NCBI GenBank assembly: GCA_963768545.1
Contig: CAVYIC010000006.1
Span: forward strand, 97,626 to 161,625
Direction of reading: 5' to 3'
Source: an uncultured Pseudomonadota bacterium
GTDB taxonomy: Bacteria; Pseudomonadota; Gammaproteobacteria; Burkholderiales; Casimicrobiaceae
Length of the DNA: 64,000 nt
Shown here: positions 40,388 to 52,469 of the stretch, one piece after another
Numbering within the stretch: position 1 is the first letter of the stretch
How the letters are laid out: each line of letters opens with the position of its first letter
Made by a program: the position numbers and the translations under genes
The notes under the pieces: generated by a model
Databases searched by the model: none
What the model was told of the DNA's origin: nothing
What the model saw: the letters and a program-made list of their open reading frames with translations, nothing else

Positions 40388-43300
40388 TCAGACTGCGCTG
40401 ACCGTCGACACCGTCCTTGTCTCCCGACGCGCGTGCATTGCGTCGGCATACTCGCGCAACCAGCATAGCGTATTGACGAGCTCCATCTGTTCGGGATTGT
40501 TGCAGCGGATATGCAGCAACTCGGGGCTCGCAATGACGACTGCCAGGCACTTCGCCCGCGACACGGCGACGTTCAGCCGATTCTTGTCGTAGAGAAATTC
40601 GATGTTCCGCGGAAGGTATTCGCCGCTCGACGTCGTCATCGACACGATGACCGCCTCGGCCTCCTGGCCCTGGAACTTGTCGATGGTCCCGACGCGCGCG
40701 CCGCGCGGAAGCTTCGACTTCAGCAGGTTGACCTGCGCGTTGTAGGGCGCGACGACAAGGATATTCTCGATCGTCATGCGTGACTGCTTGCCCTTCTTGT
40801 CGACGTACCGTTGCGCCAGCAGGCTCTCGAAGACGTTCCTCACGACCGCGGCTTCAGCCTCGCTGCTCTGCTTGCAGCCGTCGTGTCGAACGGCGACAAA
40901 CCGGATACCGGTGGCTCCAAGCGCTTCGTGCGCCGAGCCGTCCAGCACGAGCCGCTGTTGCTGATTGGCGGGCTCGGGAGTGAGGCGGCCGTCGTACACG
41001 GCATCGGAGATGAAACGGCACACATCCTCGTGCATCCGCCACGTCGTCCCGAGGAAGATGCCGCGGTCTTCGCTGACGGTTGCCTGTCCGTCGAGCAGGT
41101 ATTCGAGCGTCGACTCGCCCGACCGGCCCGGATGCACGCCCTGGATCGGCTGCCCGAGCTGCATCTGGTCGCCGAGCAGCACGAGGTTTCGCGCGGCCGT
41201 GCTCATCGCAACGAGATTGGCGAGCGAAACCTGGCCGGCCTCGTCGACGAAGAGATAGTCGACGGTCGCTTCCAGTTGCGCATCGGCAAACAGCCACGCC
41301 GTGCCCGCGATCAACTGGCCGCCGGCTTCAACGAGATCGGCATTCGTGTAAGCGTCGTCGATGAATCGACCCTCGAACGCGCTCTCCGGATCCTGCCTGC
41401 TCGACTTCTTGACGCCCGAGAACGAGAATCCCTCTTCGCTTGCCCGCGCCTCCACCGCCCGCAGCAGATTGTTGATCACCTTGTGGCTGTTCGATGTCAC
41501 GCCGACGCGCTTGCCCTGCCGCAACAGGCCGACGATCAACTGCGAGCCGATCGTCGTCTTGCCCGCACCCGGCGGCCCCTGCACGAAGAGGTAGCTGTCT
41601 TCGAGCGCCATTACCGCTCGCAACGCCTTGTCGAGGAAATCACCGCCACCCGCAGAGTCAGCCGCGACGCGCCTCGTGCGAGTGTCGGACCGCGCACAAG
41701 CGGCATGCCGTTGACCGGCGCGTCCCTGCGCAGCAACGCACGCGCTGCGGCGAACCGTCCGTCCGCCTGCTCGATGGATTCGGCGAAACGCCACACCGCG
41801 TCCCGTAAAACGTCGATGCCGATGGGCCCTTCCGGTCCGATCGATAGCGATTGCGGCACTTCCCGATCTCGCGAGACCTTGATGCCGATCGTTCGCGCCT
41901 CCTCGTCCAGCGCGACGATTTCGCCGAGCAGTTTCGTCGTATCGGTCCTGTGGCATTTGTCGCCCACGCGCAGCTTCGTCTCCTGCTCGGGAAAAGCGAA
42001 CGTATAGACGAGCGAGCGATTGACCGGCACGGGCGGCCTGTCCGCGACCCGGGTCAACCCGCCCAGGCACTCGGCGTCGTCGATGAGCTCCTGGTCGGTC
42101 ATGTCCTGCCGCGCGAACATCGCCCACCACGCCGGCTTCGCCGCGCGGCGATGGAAATCCAGCAGATCGAAGACGATTTCGCGCAAGTGATCGTCCGGAC
42201 CCCACTTCGCGCGATCGCCGGGCAGTCCGTCGAGCAACGCTTCGCGATGGCGCGCGAGTCCCTCCTCGATCCGCGCGGTTTTTTCCGATGCCGGACTCCC
42301 GGCCGCATTGTCCCGCTGCGCGTCCCCAGGAAACCACGGCAATTCCGCCGGCCGGTGCGTGAGCAGCCATTCGCGCAGCAGGTGCGTCGAACGGCAATCG
42401 TCCTCGTTGTAGCTTTGGATCTTCTCGAGCTCCGCGGCGTCGCGACTCGCCCGCCAGCGTTCGTAATGGACGATGCTGCCGCCGGCGGTCTTCACCTCGC
42501 CCTCGCGCGGCGGCATGTAGAAGATTTCGATGTCCTTGATCGACAAGCCAGGCTCGGACGTGCGGATCGCCTCGCGCACGACCTTGTAGAGATCCACGAA
42601 CTTTTCGCCGCGCAGCAAGCTGTCCAGCTGCGCCTCGCGCGTGCCGTGCAGCGACATCAGCCGCTTGAGCGCGCTCGGCTCGTAGTGCGCGTAGTGGTAG
42701 ACGTGCATGCGCGGAAAGCGGCGCATGCGCTCCGCCAGGAAATCCATCAGCGCCTCGAAGGCAACCCGCTCGGCCACGCGGTCGTGCGCCCAGATCGCCT
42801 TGAAGCGCGGCGTGCCATCCTCGACGAAGCGCAATCCGAACAGGTATTCGAGGCCCTGTTCCTCGAACGGATCACCCTCCATGTCGAAGAACACGTCGCC
42901 CGCATCGGGTTCCGGCAGCCGGTAGAACCCCCGCCTGCGCTCCGGATCGAATTCGAGCAGCTCGACACTCGGCTTGCCGGTTATCCGGCGAGCAAGCTGC
43001 AACGCCGCCTGGGACCGCAGCTTGGCGACGGTGTCAGCCTGGAGCCTGGTGACGGGCGCGGCGGTCGGCAGCCCGGCGAGCGCCTCGAGCGTCTCCGTAC
43101 CCGCTGCCTGCAGCCGCTCGATCTGATTGCGCGTGATGCCCGCCACCTGGTTGAGGTGATCGTCCGCTTTCCAGCGGGCGTCGCAGACGTCGCGCCATGT
43201 GCAGAACGCGCAGTGCGGGCACCGTTGCGGATACGTGTCGTTCGGGTGGCGTGCGACAAAGGCGAGAAAGCGACCGCGCGCCTGCCGGAAATAGCGCGAG

Positions 43301-43845
43301 TAGTTGGCGACGCGGAAGCTCCGCTCGGTGGCGTCCCCGAAGACGAGATGCATCATCTGCGGCTCGACGCCCTGCACGTCGGCGAGAAGATCGGAGTAAA
43401 AGGCAAGCTGCACGACGAACTTCGCCTTCGCGCTGCGAGCGAGCTTCGTGTCGAGCACTTCGTAGCTGTAATCGCCGAGCCGCGACGGCCGCTCCACGCG
43501 CCGCAGGAAATCCGCGCGACCGTAGAGGACGCCCGAGAGGAACGTCGCCTGAAAGATGACGTCGTGACCGGCCTGCATCGCCACCCTGGTTTCCTGCGCG
43601 AGCTCCGCGGGTTCGCCGTCGCTGCGAATCTCCGCCACTCGTAACCGTTTCGCCTCGAGCGCAGCGAGGTAATCCGCCTCGTGCGCATATCCCTTCTCCT
43701 GAATGAGAATCGCCGATTCGTCGTCCTCTGCCCGGGGCAACGGCGTCACCAGATCCGTCAGCGCGAGGGTGGTGACGTGCTCGCATTCGAGGAACCCGAC
43801 GAGGTCGGTCGCCGAGAAGAGCGTCGTGCGATGGCGTATCTGCAT
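40388..43845 (-). CDS. TM0106 family RecB-like nuclease / RNase H-like / SF1 (DNA2/Upf1-like) helicase, one frameshift near 41640
   Basis: FSATDL; GRADFL...YEVLDTKLA...QLAFY (RecB); FFDMEGDP...YNEDDC (RNase H-like); QGPPGAGKT, DEAGQ, GDQMQL, APYNAQV, TIDKFQGQE, NRLNVAVSRA. Confidence 0.92.
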
Positions 43846-43996
43846 GTTATCCGTGGGCACTCGTCGTATCGCGACTGGCCGCGCTGGGGGCTCGGCTGGG
43901 TTCAGCGATCATGCGCGCCGCCCGGCTCACCTGATGAGCCCGGCTCGCCGAACGTGCGTTCGGGAAGCGCTGCCGCATCCCATCGGGAGGAAGCGG

Positions 43997-45826
43997 CTAA
44001 CGCAGGTTCTCCTCGGTGTACAAGGTCAGCTCCAGCAAGCGCTCCAGCAGCTGTTCCGGCGGAATGCCGATGAAATTCTTCAGCACGAGCTCCTTGGCGA
44101 AAAGGCGACAGATGTAACGGAGCTTGAGCGTCTTGCTGCGCGCCGCGTAGACGAAATCGCGATGGCCATTGTTGATGACGACGAGATTGCGCTCGGCATC
44201 GAACCGCGAGCGCCACAACTCCCCAGCCGCCTTGTGGTAGGTGTAACCGGGCAGCCCCTGGTAAGGGGAATCGCCGCCGCTCGCCTTCGGCAGCAACGAG
44301 GCGGTCACGGTGATCTGCGCTTCGGCCTTGCACACGACGTCGGCCTGAGCGACCGATACCTCTACGCGTGTAAGGCCTGGTTCCGCCGCCGCGCGAAAGG
44401 TGGCGATTTCTCCGGTCGTGTTGTCGAGGGATCCCTCACCCTCCAGAATCGTCCAGGCGTACACGAGACCGTGCTCCACGACACGCTTCGCCCGGTCGCG
44501 ACCGATGGCGCGCAGTGCGCGTGAGCCACCGACTTCAATGACGCTCGACGTCGGCGAAATCACCACGGAGAACAGCGGACCCGCGTATTCGAAGAATTGC
44601 CGCTGAGCTCCACTGGTCTCGCTGCTGTCCTGCACATCGATTGCGCTCCCTTCAGCGTCCGCATCCGACGCTTCGCCAGGCGCCGATTCCGTGGACGTTC
44701 TGGGCCGACGCTTGCCTTCGCCGCGATGCAGGTCGAACCAGTCGTACTCCTCCGCGGGTAAAGCGAGCAGCGCTTCCTTGAGTGCGCTCTGCACGGACCG
44801 GAGCACATCGCGGCTCGCCCGCTCCTCCTCCGCCCGCTGCTGGTCTTCGATGATCTTGGCAAGCCGTTTCTCGAGCGGTGCGAGCTCGTCGGCCAGGCGC
44901 GTCAATGCCGCGTCGTGGATGACGCCAAGCCGCGTGCCCGGCGTCAGGGTGAGATACGGAACATCGATGATTCCCTGCACATAGCCGCTCGTCCATGGCA
45001 GGCGCGCGAACGCATCGAGCTCCGTCAGGTTGCCGAGCACGCGCGTCCCGGAGCGGTAAAGCGATACCGCGTTGGCCGGCGAGTGGGCATGCAGGTACAG
45101 CTCCGCGTACACGTCGCCTTGCGGCGGCAACGCGACATCCAGTTCGTGCAACAGTCGCCCCTCGAACTGGCGCGGCTCGACCTTGAATTCCATGCGCGCG
45201 GTCCGGTCGACGACGCGGATCGAGACGCCGGAGTGGCGAATGCGGTCGCGCAGCTCGGACGCGAGGTACCACTGGATCTTGTCGCCGCTGAAATGCTTGA
45301 TGCCAGGCAGGATGCCTTTGATCAGCACATCGGTACCCGCTTCGGGAAAGAGTGCCGGCCGCTGCGTGATGCGATAGCTCGGATCGCCCTTGCGCAGGTG
45401 CATCTGGTAGGCATGGCCTTCGTTCCCGGGGGAGGTGAGCAGCAGTTCCTCGCCCAGCGTCCAGAAGCTCAACAGGCCGATACCGAATTCGCCCTGCAGA
45501 CCACTCGCGCCTTGCGTCTTCAGGCGCCGTTTGATGGAGTCGCAAACATGCGTCGCCACATAATGGAAGTCCGGCTCGCCATCGGCGTTCTTGCGCACGC
45601 CTTCGCCGTCATCCTTCACGCGCAGGTAGTGCTGGCCCTTTTCCTTGCCGCGGGTGATGACGATCGATTTTGCTCGCGCATCGATGCTGTTTTCGACGAG
45701 CTCGGCGACGGCCTTGAGCGGATTGCTCTGCGACAGGGCAATGATCGTGATTGCATTCCAGTGATCGCCGATTCGCAGATTCCCGCGTGCCGGCTGCCCG
45801 CTCGATTTCGCAATGCGACGCGCCAT
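43997..45826 (-). CDS. GHKL (HSP90/MORC/MutL-like) ATPase with Ig-like and unknown C-terminal domains
   Basis: AELVENSIDA (N box), DDGEG (G1), GEFGIGLLSF (G2), GTDV. The later beta-rich segment (VVISP...YAWTI...G.L...ATFRA) is Ig-like. Confidence 0.82.
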   Translation of the reverse strand: MARRIAKSSGQPARGNLRIGDHWNAITIIALSQSNPLKAVAELVENSIDARAKSIVITRGKEKGQHYLRVKDDGEGVRKNADGEPDFHYVATHVCDSIKRRLKTQGASGLQGEFGIGLLSFWTLGEELLLTSPGNEGHAYQMHLRKGDPSYRITQRPALFPEAGTDVLIKGILPGIKHFSGDKIQWYLASELRDRIRHSGVSIRVVDRTARMEFKVEPRQFEGRLLHELDVALPPQGDVYAELYLHAHSPANAVSLYRSGTRVLGNLTELDAFARLPWTSGYVQGIIDVPYLTLTPGTRLGVIHDAALTRLADELAPLEKRLAKIIEDQQRAEEERASRDVLRSVQSALKEALLALPAEEYDWFDLHRGEGKRRPRTSTESAPGEASDADAEGSAIDVQDSSETSGAQRQFFEYAGPLFSVVISPTSSVIEVGGSRALRAIGRDRAKRVVEHGLVYAWTILEGEGSLDNTTGEIATFRAAAEPGLTRVEVSVAQADVVCKAEAQITVTASLLPKASGGDSPYQGLPGYTYHKAAGELWRSRFDAERNLVVINNGHRDFVYAARSKTLKLRYICRLFAKELVLKNFIGIPPEQLLERLLELTLYTEENLR

Positions 45827-46149
45827 GCTATTTGCCAATCCAGGGATTGAAGCAGTGCGCGCCACAACGCTCCAGGTCGTCCGTGTCGGGGGTGACGACG
45901 GCTCCGGGATCCGGGAAAATCCGTTTGTTTACGAAATGGAATCGCCACATTTCAGGTATCAGGTCATTGGGGAGAAGTTGCGCGTGCTGACGCCTATGGT
46001 AACGCGTGGGAAAATAGCACCAAGTTGGTCGAGGGCATCGCGACTGATCGGCCCCTCCGCCAAGGCGCGGACGGACGTTGATCGGCCAACGCTTCCTGGC
46101 AAGCCGGCAAGTGTCGCTAAACTGCTCACCTTTGCACCGGATTTGACGC

Positions 46150-49100
46150 ATGAAGATTCTCGAGTACGCCGGTCTCGACACCTCCCGCGTACAGGCGCAG
46201 TACAGGAAAGTGCGGGAAGCCATCGAACGCGATGATTTTCGTCAGGCCGACGTGAAGAAGCTCGCCAACTCGAATCATGGCCAGTTCTACCGCGCGAAGC
46301 TCGATTACGCGAACAGGGTGCTGTTTTCTCTGGTGCGTCATGGCAACGCTATCTACGCTTTGATGCTGGAGGTGATCGAGCAGCACGCCTACGACAGGTC
46401 TCGCTTTCTGCGCGGCGCCAGTGTCGACGACGCGAAGATTCCCGACATCGATGCCATCACCGCAGGCGCCGAAGCCACGCCGGTGCGTTACGTCCATCCG
46501 GAACGGCGCGAGATTCACCTGCTCGACAAGGTGATTTCCTTCGACGACGCTCAGGAAGCGGTCTATCGCCTGCCACCGCCGTTGATCGTCGTCGGCAGCG
46601 CCGGCAGCGGCAAGACCGCGCTGACGCTGGAAAAGCTCAAGCACGCCGCGGGCGAGGTCCTGTACGTCACTCACTCGGCCTATCTGGCGCAGAGTGCCCG
46701 CGACCTCTACTACGGCCATGGGTTCGAGCACAGCGGGCCAGGACGCGAGTTTCCTTTCCTATCGCGAGTTCATCGAAACCGTACGCGTGCCGGACGGACG
46801 CGAGGCGCACTGGCGGGATTTCTCGACTTGGTTTGCCCGCCAGCAGCAGGCCTTCAAGGGGATCGATGCGCATCAGGCCTTCGAGGAAATTCGCGGTGTC
46901 ATCACCGCCGACGCCGCGGGACCGCTCGAGCGAGCGCAATACCTGGCTCTCGGCGTGCGCCAGTCCATCTTCGCCGCGGCGGAGCGCGAGCGGGCCTACG
47001 ACGTGTTCGAAAAATACCGCGCGTGGCTGCTCGAGGCGAAGCTCTACGATCTCAACCTCGTCGCGCATGCGTGGCGCAAACTGACCACGCCGCGCTACGA
47101 CTTCGTCGTCATCGACGAAGTGCAGGACATGACCAATGCGCAACTCGCGCTGGTGCTGGCAACGCTCAAGCAGCCCGACCGATTCCTGCTCTGCGGTGAT
47201 TCCAACCAGATCGTGCATCCCAATTTCTTCTCCTGGAGCAAGGTGAAGAGCTTGTTCTGGCGCGACGAAGCCATCGCGGTGCGGCAGGAGCTCAAGGTGC
47301 TGCGCGCGAATTTTCGGAATGGCCGCGAAGCGACGCGGGTGGCCAACACGCTGCTCAAGATCAAGCATTGCCGTTTCGGCTCGATCGATCGGGAAAGCAA
47401 CTTCCTGGTGGAGGCCGTGGCCGGCGAGAGCGGCACCGTCGCCGTGCTCTCGGACACGAAGAGCGTCACGGACGACCTCGACCGGAAAACGCGCCAATCG
47501 ACGCAGTTCGCGGTGCTGGTGATGCGCGAAGAGGACAAGGCGGAGGCTCGCGCCCACTTCCAGACACCGCTGATATTCTCCATCCACGAAGCCAAGGGGC
47601 TGGAATACGAGAACATCATCGTTTACCGCTTCGTCTCGAGCAATCGCGCTCGCTTCGCCGAGATCGTCGAGGGTGTAGGTGCGGCCGACCTCGACGGTGA
47701 CGAACTGGACTACCGGCGGGCAAGAGACAAGAGTGATAAATCGCTCGAGATCTACAAGTTCTATGTCAACGCGCTTTACGTGGCGCTCACGCGTGCCATT
47801 CGCAACGTCTACCTGATCGAGTCGGACATCGGCCACCCGCTCCTGCGGCTTCTGGCCCTGCAGCAGGGCGGCGCGCAGATCAAGGTGGAAGCCAAGGCAT
47901 CGACCCTGGACGACTGGCAGAAGGAAGCGCACAAGCTCGACCTGCAGGGCAAGCAGGAACAGGCCGACGCCATTCGACAGGGAATCCTCAGGCAATCGCC
48001 CGTGCCGTGGCCTGTGTTCGACGAAGCGCGGCTACGCGATACGCTGGTGAAGGTGTTCCGACAGCAGATACCCGGCAGCAAGGGCAAGCAGCAGCTCCTC
48101 GAGTATGCGGCTTGCTTCGATGAGCCGATGCTCGCGAGCTGGCTTTCATCCGAAGTGCGATTCGACGTCGACCGAAACTTTCCCCAGCAATGCGTCACGC
48201 TGGGCCGCAAGCACTTTGCGTCCTATTTCGGGCCCCGGTTCAAGGACGTTCTGAAGCAATGCGACCGCCACGGTATCGATCACCGCACGCCGATGAACCA
48301 GACGCCGCTGATAGCCGCCGCTGCAGCGGGCAACGTCGCGCTGGTGGAGGCGTTGCTCGAGCGCGGTGCCGATCGCGAAGAAGCCGATCACCTGGGCCGC
48401 AATGCGCTGCACTGGGCGATGCTGCAGGCATTCCGCGACGCAACGTTTGCAAAAGGTCCGTTCCCCGCGCTCTACGAGTTGGTCGCGCCCGCGGCCATCG
48501 ACGTGATGAGCGGCGGACGGCTGGTCCGCATCGACCGCCACCTGTCGGAGTTTTTCCTGTTTCAAACGCTCTGGGCGCTGTTCAAGTCGCGGTTTTCAGG
48601 CTTTGGCTGGCGCGAGCGCGGTGGATTCGAGACGCGAGCAATTCTCGATGCCTGGAAGCATCTGCCTTCGAGCGTGCTGCGGCCGGAACGCAACAGCCGA
48701 CAGCATCTGTCGCACTTGCTATCTCGCAACGAGGTCGATCGCGACTACGCCTACAACCGCCGCCTGTTCATCCGCCTGGTCCAGGGTTGGTACCAGATCA
48801 ATCCCGCCTTGTCGGTCCGCCGACGCAATGCTGCGGGCGAATCGTGGGTGCCGGTGCTCGATGCGCTCAATCTTCGCCTGGTGTCGGAATCCGCCGCACC
48901 CGCGCACTGGCATGGTGTCAATGCCATGCTGGGCATGGCCGGGCAAGTCCCGGTCGCGACTCCGATTGCCGGCGAGGGCTACGCTCGGAGAATCGCTGCC
49001 GAGCGCGAGAAGGAAGACGCCCGGCGGCGCATGCTGGAGGAAGCACGGCGGCAGGAAGAGCAACCGGAACCTGCTGCCGCTCCGCCGCGCTGGGGAACGA

Positions 49101-49192
49101 AAGAGGCGCGGAAGATGGAGATCGAACGGGTGCGGCGCGAGATCGCCGAGAACATGGCAAAGCGGCTTGGCGGCTCGGACGACACCGGCTGA
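46150..49192 (+). CDS. UvrD-like SF1 helicase with N-terminal RelE-like domain and ankyrin repeats (one frameshift near 46740)
   Basis: N-terminal DVKKL...YRAKLDYANRVLF; GSAGSGKT, IDEVQD, GDSNQ, NFRN, SIHEAKGLEY, LYVALTRA; TPLIAAAAAGNVALVEALLERGAD / GRNALHWA. Confidence 0.88.
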
Positions 49193-49291
49193 CCGTCTGT
49201 GTCCAGGGGTTGAAGCGTGATCCGGGGTGCCTCCTCCCAGACGCGGCCAAACTATATCGGAAAGCAACTCTCACACTATATTTGATAACAA

Positions 49292-49313
49292 TGCATAAAC
49301 TATATATTATGCA
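49292..49313. promoter_or_regulatory. AT-rich inverted repeat TGCATAA-N8-TTATGCA upstream of fic (operator, or Xer/dif-like site)
   Basis: Perfect 7-bp arms in a locally AT-rich patch about 30 bp before the fic start. Confidence 0.45.
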
Positions 49314-49339
49314 ACCATTCAGACTAGAACGTACGCTAT

Positions 49340-51105
49340 ATGGCCACGCCCAGGATCTCCTTGCTCAGTCTCTGGCACGACTCGAAAAACCCCATAGGGA
49401 AGGGCAATACGTTTTCGCCTCGGGCGACCTGCCCAATGTCGACCGCCAGCGGCTGACAAAAGCCGGCTACCTTGTCCCCATTGTCCGCGGCTGGTACCTG
49501 ACATCCCGCCCGGGGGAAAAGGATGGCGAAACTACCTCCTGGCAGGCGAACTGGAAGGAATTTGTCGCCCGCTACGCGAAGAAGCGATTTGGCGACCGCT
49601 GGCATTTATCGCCCGAGATCTCTCTCCTCGAGCAGACCGCGATGCCGCTCGTCTCCCGCCAGGTCCTGATCCACACGCCGAAGGGCCAAAACAACGTGAC
49701 CAAGCTGCTCCACGGCTGGACGATCATGGACTACAAGCCACCGGCGTTCGCGCCGAGCTCTGAAATCGTCGACCAAGGCGGACTGCGGCTGCTGTCAGCT
49801 CCTTATGCGCTAACCCAAGTTGGCGAAAGCTTCTTCCGCTCACAAAAAGCGTCCGCTGAAATCGCCCTCGGCTTGGTCCGAGATCCGTCGGACCTCGCGC
49901 GGATACTGCTGGCCGCGGGGAAGCCGGTAGTCGGAGGGCGCTTGGTGGGCGCACTCCGAGCCGCACGTCGTAGTCGACATGCTAATGAGCTCCGAAAAAC
50001 GCTCGAGGCCGCGGGCCACCGGGTGATCGAATCAAACCCCTTCGAGACGCCACCAATCGTGATCGACCCTGCCATCAAGCGCTCACCGTACGTGATGCGC
50101 ATACATGCGATGTGGACCGCGATGCGCGAGTCCGTCATCGAGGTATTCGACGCTCCGCCTGGCGTGCCGGCGGACACCAAAGCCTACCTCGCCGACCTCG
50201 ACAAGCGCTATGTGAGCGACGCATACAACTCGCTCTCGATCGAAGGCTACAGCGTGACGCCCGCTCTTATCGAGCGCGTGCGCTCAGGAAAGTGGAATCC
50301 CGATGGCGAGGACCAGAAGTCGCGCGACGCCATGGCCGCCAAAGGCTACTCGATCGCGCACGGCGCGGTGAGGGCGAGCATCGCGAAGATCCTGAAGGGC
50401 CGGAATGCCGGCGACGTGATACGCGATGACTTATCAGAGTGGAATCTGGCGCTTTGGACGCCCTCGGTCCAGGCCGGTATCCTGAAGCCTTCCCAGCTTG
50501 CAGGCTACCGAAACGGCCCTGTCTACATCAAGAACGCGAATCACGTTCCGCCGCCGCGCGAGGCCGTTCGCGACTGCATGCCGGATCTCTTCGATTTGCT
50601 CGAGCGCGAAGTCCATCCCGCAGCGCGCGCCGTGCTCGGCCACTTCGTCTTCGTTTTCATTCATCCGTACATGGACGGCAACGGTCGCCTCGGCCGCTTT
50701 CTGATGAATGCAATGCTTGCCTCGGGAGGCTACCCCTGGACCGTCATACCCGTGGAAGAGCGGCCCGAATATTTCAAGGCGCTGGATCAGGCATCCGCGC
50801 ACGGCAACATCGCGCCGTTCGCGAAGTTCGTGGGCAGTCTCGTGCATGGGCGGTCGAAGCGATCCCAGCGCGCTCGTCGGGACTCGCTGCGCGCATGCGC
50901 GCCGAACGTGCGGGAGGCGATCGGTGCCATCGCTGACCGAACCCGGGCAATTGAGTACGAGTTGCACGAGCAACGGCCGATGCGGAGAATAGCAGACGCG
51001 CTCGAGCGCCTGCATACGCGCAAGTACGGCAGCTGGCTAGGTCAGCGAACAGCGTTTTCACCGCTTACGGCCGAAACTCCGCTTCCATTTCGCGCCGGAA
51101 CCTGA
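49340..51105 (+). CDS. Fic family protein with long N-terminal (AbiEi-like) region; start frameshifted, C-terminal end uncertain
   Basis: MATP/QDLLAQSLARL...; YNSLSIEGY; Fic motif HPYMDGNGRLGRF. Confidence 0.88.
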
Positions 51106-52407
51106 CGGCCGCATTCGTTGCATCGACTGCCACGTCGCTCCACTTGACGCGGCTGCCCGCTCGCCACGGGCCGTACGAGCTTCACGTGATGCGCGAGCCC
51201 GAGCGGCAGCCCGCCGAGCGCGAGCGAATCGGCAGCCGGCATCAGCTTTCCATAAACCGTGTAACCGCCTTCGCCATCAAGCACTTCGCCTTCGCGCAGA
51301 TCGCGCTTCGCCGTCGCGACGACGTCACCCCGCCAGCCGCGCGCCACGCCGGTAGGCTCGCCGCGCAGGCCGACCGACGCGACGCTGATGCCGAGCTCGA
51401 GACCGATCAGGTGATACGGCTTGTACATCGCCGTGTACTGGCCGCTGTCGTCGGTGAGAAGACCGTACTCCCTGAAGCAGCGTGCGGCGTATCGGGTTCC
51501 CGCATTGAACGTCACATAGACGCCCCAGCGCAGGTCGCGGAACACCGGACGGCCGTCGCGCTCGAGGCTGGAGATCACTTCGACCTGTCCGCTGTGATGC
51601 AGTTGTCCGCCCGCGTCGCGCGGCCGCAGTACACGCGGCAGATCGTCGACGCCGCACGGTGGAAACGCCAGGCCGTCCGGTGCAGGCGTGAGCCCGGTCG
51701 CGTTCGCCACGGCGGCCATTTCGATTGCCGATTTCGTGCCGTCGAGGAACGAGTTGAACATCTGCGGATTCATGCCGCCGATCCTCGCATCCTCGGCGGT
51801 CAGTCCGTAATGGCCCCACACCGTGTCCGGCGTGGATGCGTGGTAGGCAGGCAGGTACTTGGTGCCCTTGCCCGCCGCGACGACGTCGAAGCCCGCGGTG
51901 CGTGCCCAGTCGACCATTTCGCAGATAAGCGCCGGCTGGTCGCCGTAGGCGAGCGAGTAGACGATGCCCGCCTGCGCCGCCCGCCTCGCCAGCAACGGTC
52001 CCGCGAGCGCATCCGCTTCGACGTTCACCATCACGATGTGCTTGCCGTGCTCGCAGCAGGCGAGCACGTGCGCGATGCCCGCGGCAGGGTTGCCCGTCGC
52101 GTCGACGATGATCGTCGGTCTCCGGCGTACGGATGACGCCGAAGCCGTCGTCGGTGACATGCGTCGTGCCGCGCTTCACCGCATCGGCCGACGATCGAGC
52201 GTCGATCCGTTCCGCAGGCCAGCCGGTACTCGCAAGCGCCGCGCGGGCCCGTTCAGGTGAAAGATCGGCCACCGCGACGAGGTGCATCCCGGGCGTCGCA
52301 CGTATCTGCGTCAGGAACATCGATCCGAACTTGCCCGCGCCGATGAGGGCCACGCGAAGCGGCTTGCGTTGTGCGTCACGCGCCTGCAGCAGGTGATGGA
52401 GATTCAC
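51065..52407 (-). CDS. NAD(P)-dependent oxidoreductase with C-terminal SAF domain (homoserine-dehydrogenase-like), frameshifted
   Basis: VALIGAGKFG; MVNVEAD; GDQPALI; FNSFLDGTKSAIEM; AKRDL..GEVLDGEGGY. Confidence 0.88.
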
Positions 52408-52469
52408 GATCGCCTTCCAGAAAGGTTTACTGCAGGTGGTCGAGGTTCACGATCGCCGTCCATAAAGGT

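Noticed and set aside
48190-49339. Long N-terminal extension of Fic (971-aa ORF)
   Set aside because: It overlaps the helicase gene in another frame and crosses an AT-rich promoter region. The likely start is ATG 49340.
50850-51105. Separate gene or extra domain at the end of fic
   Set aside because: It is short, has no motif and overlaps the convergent oxidoreductase stop. It is probably read-through from an indel.
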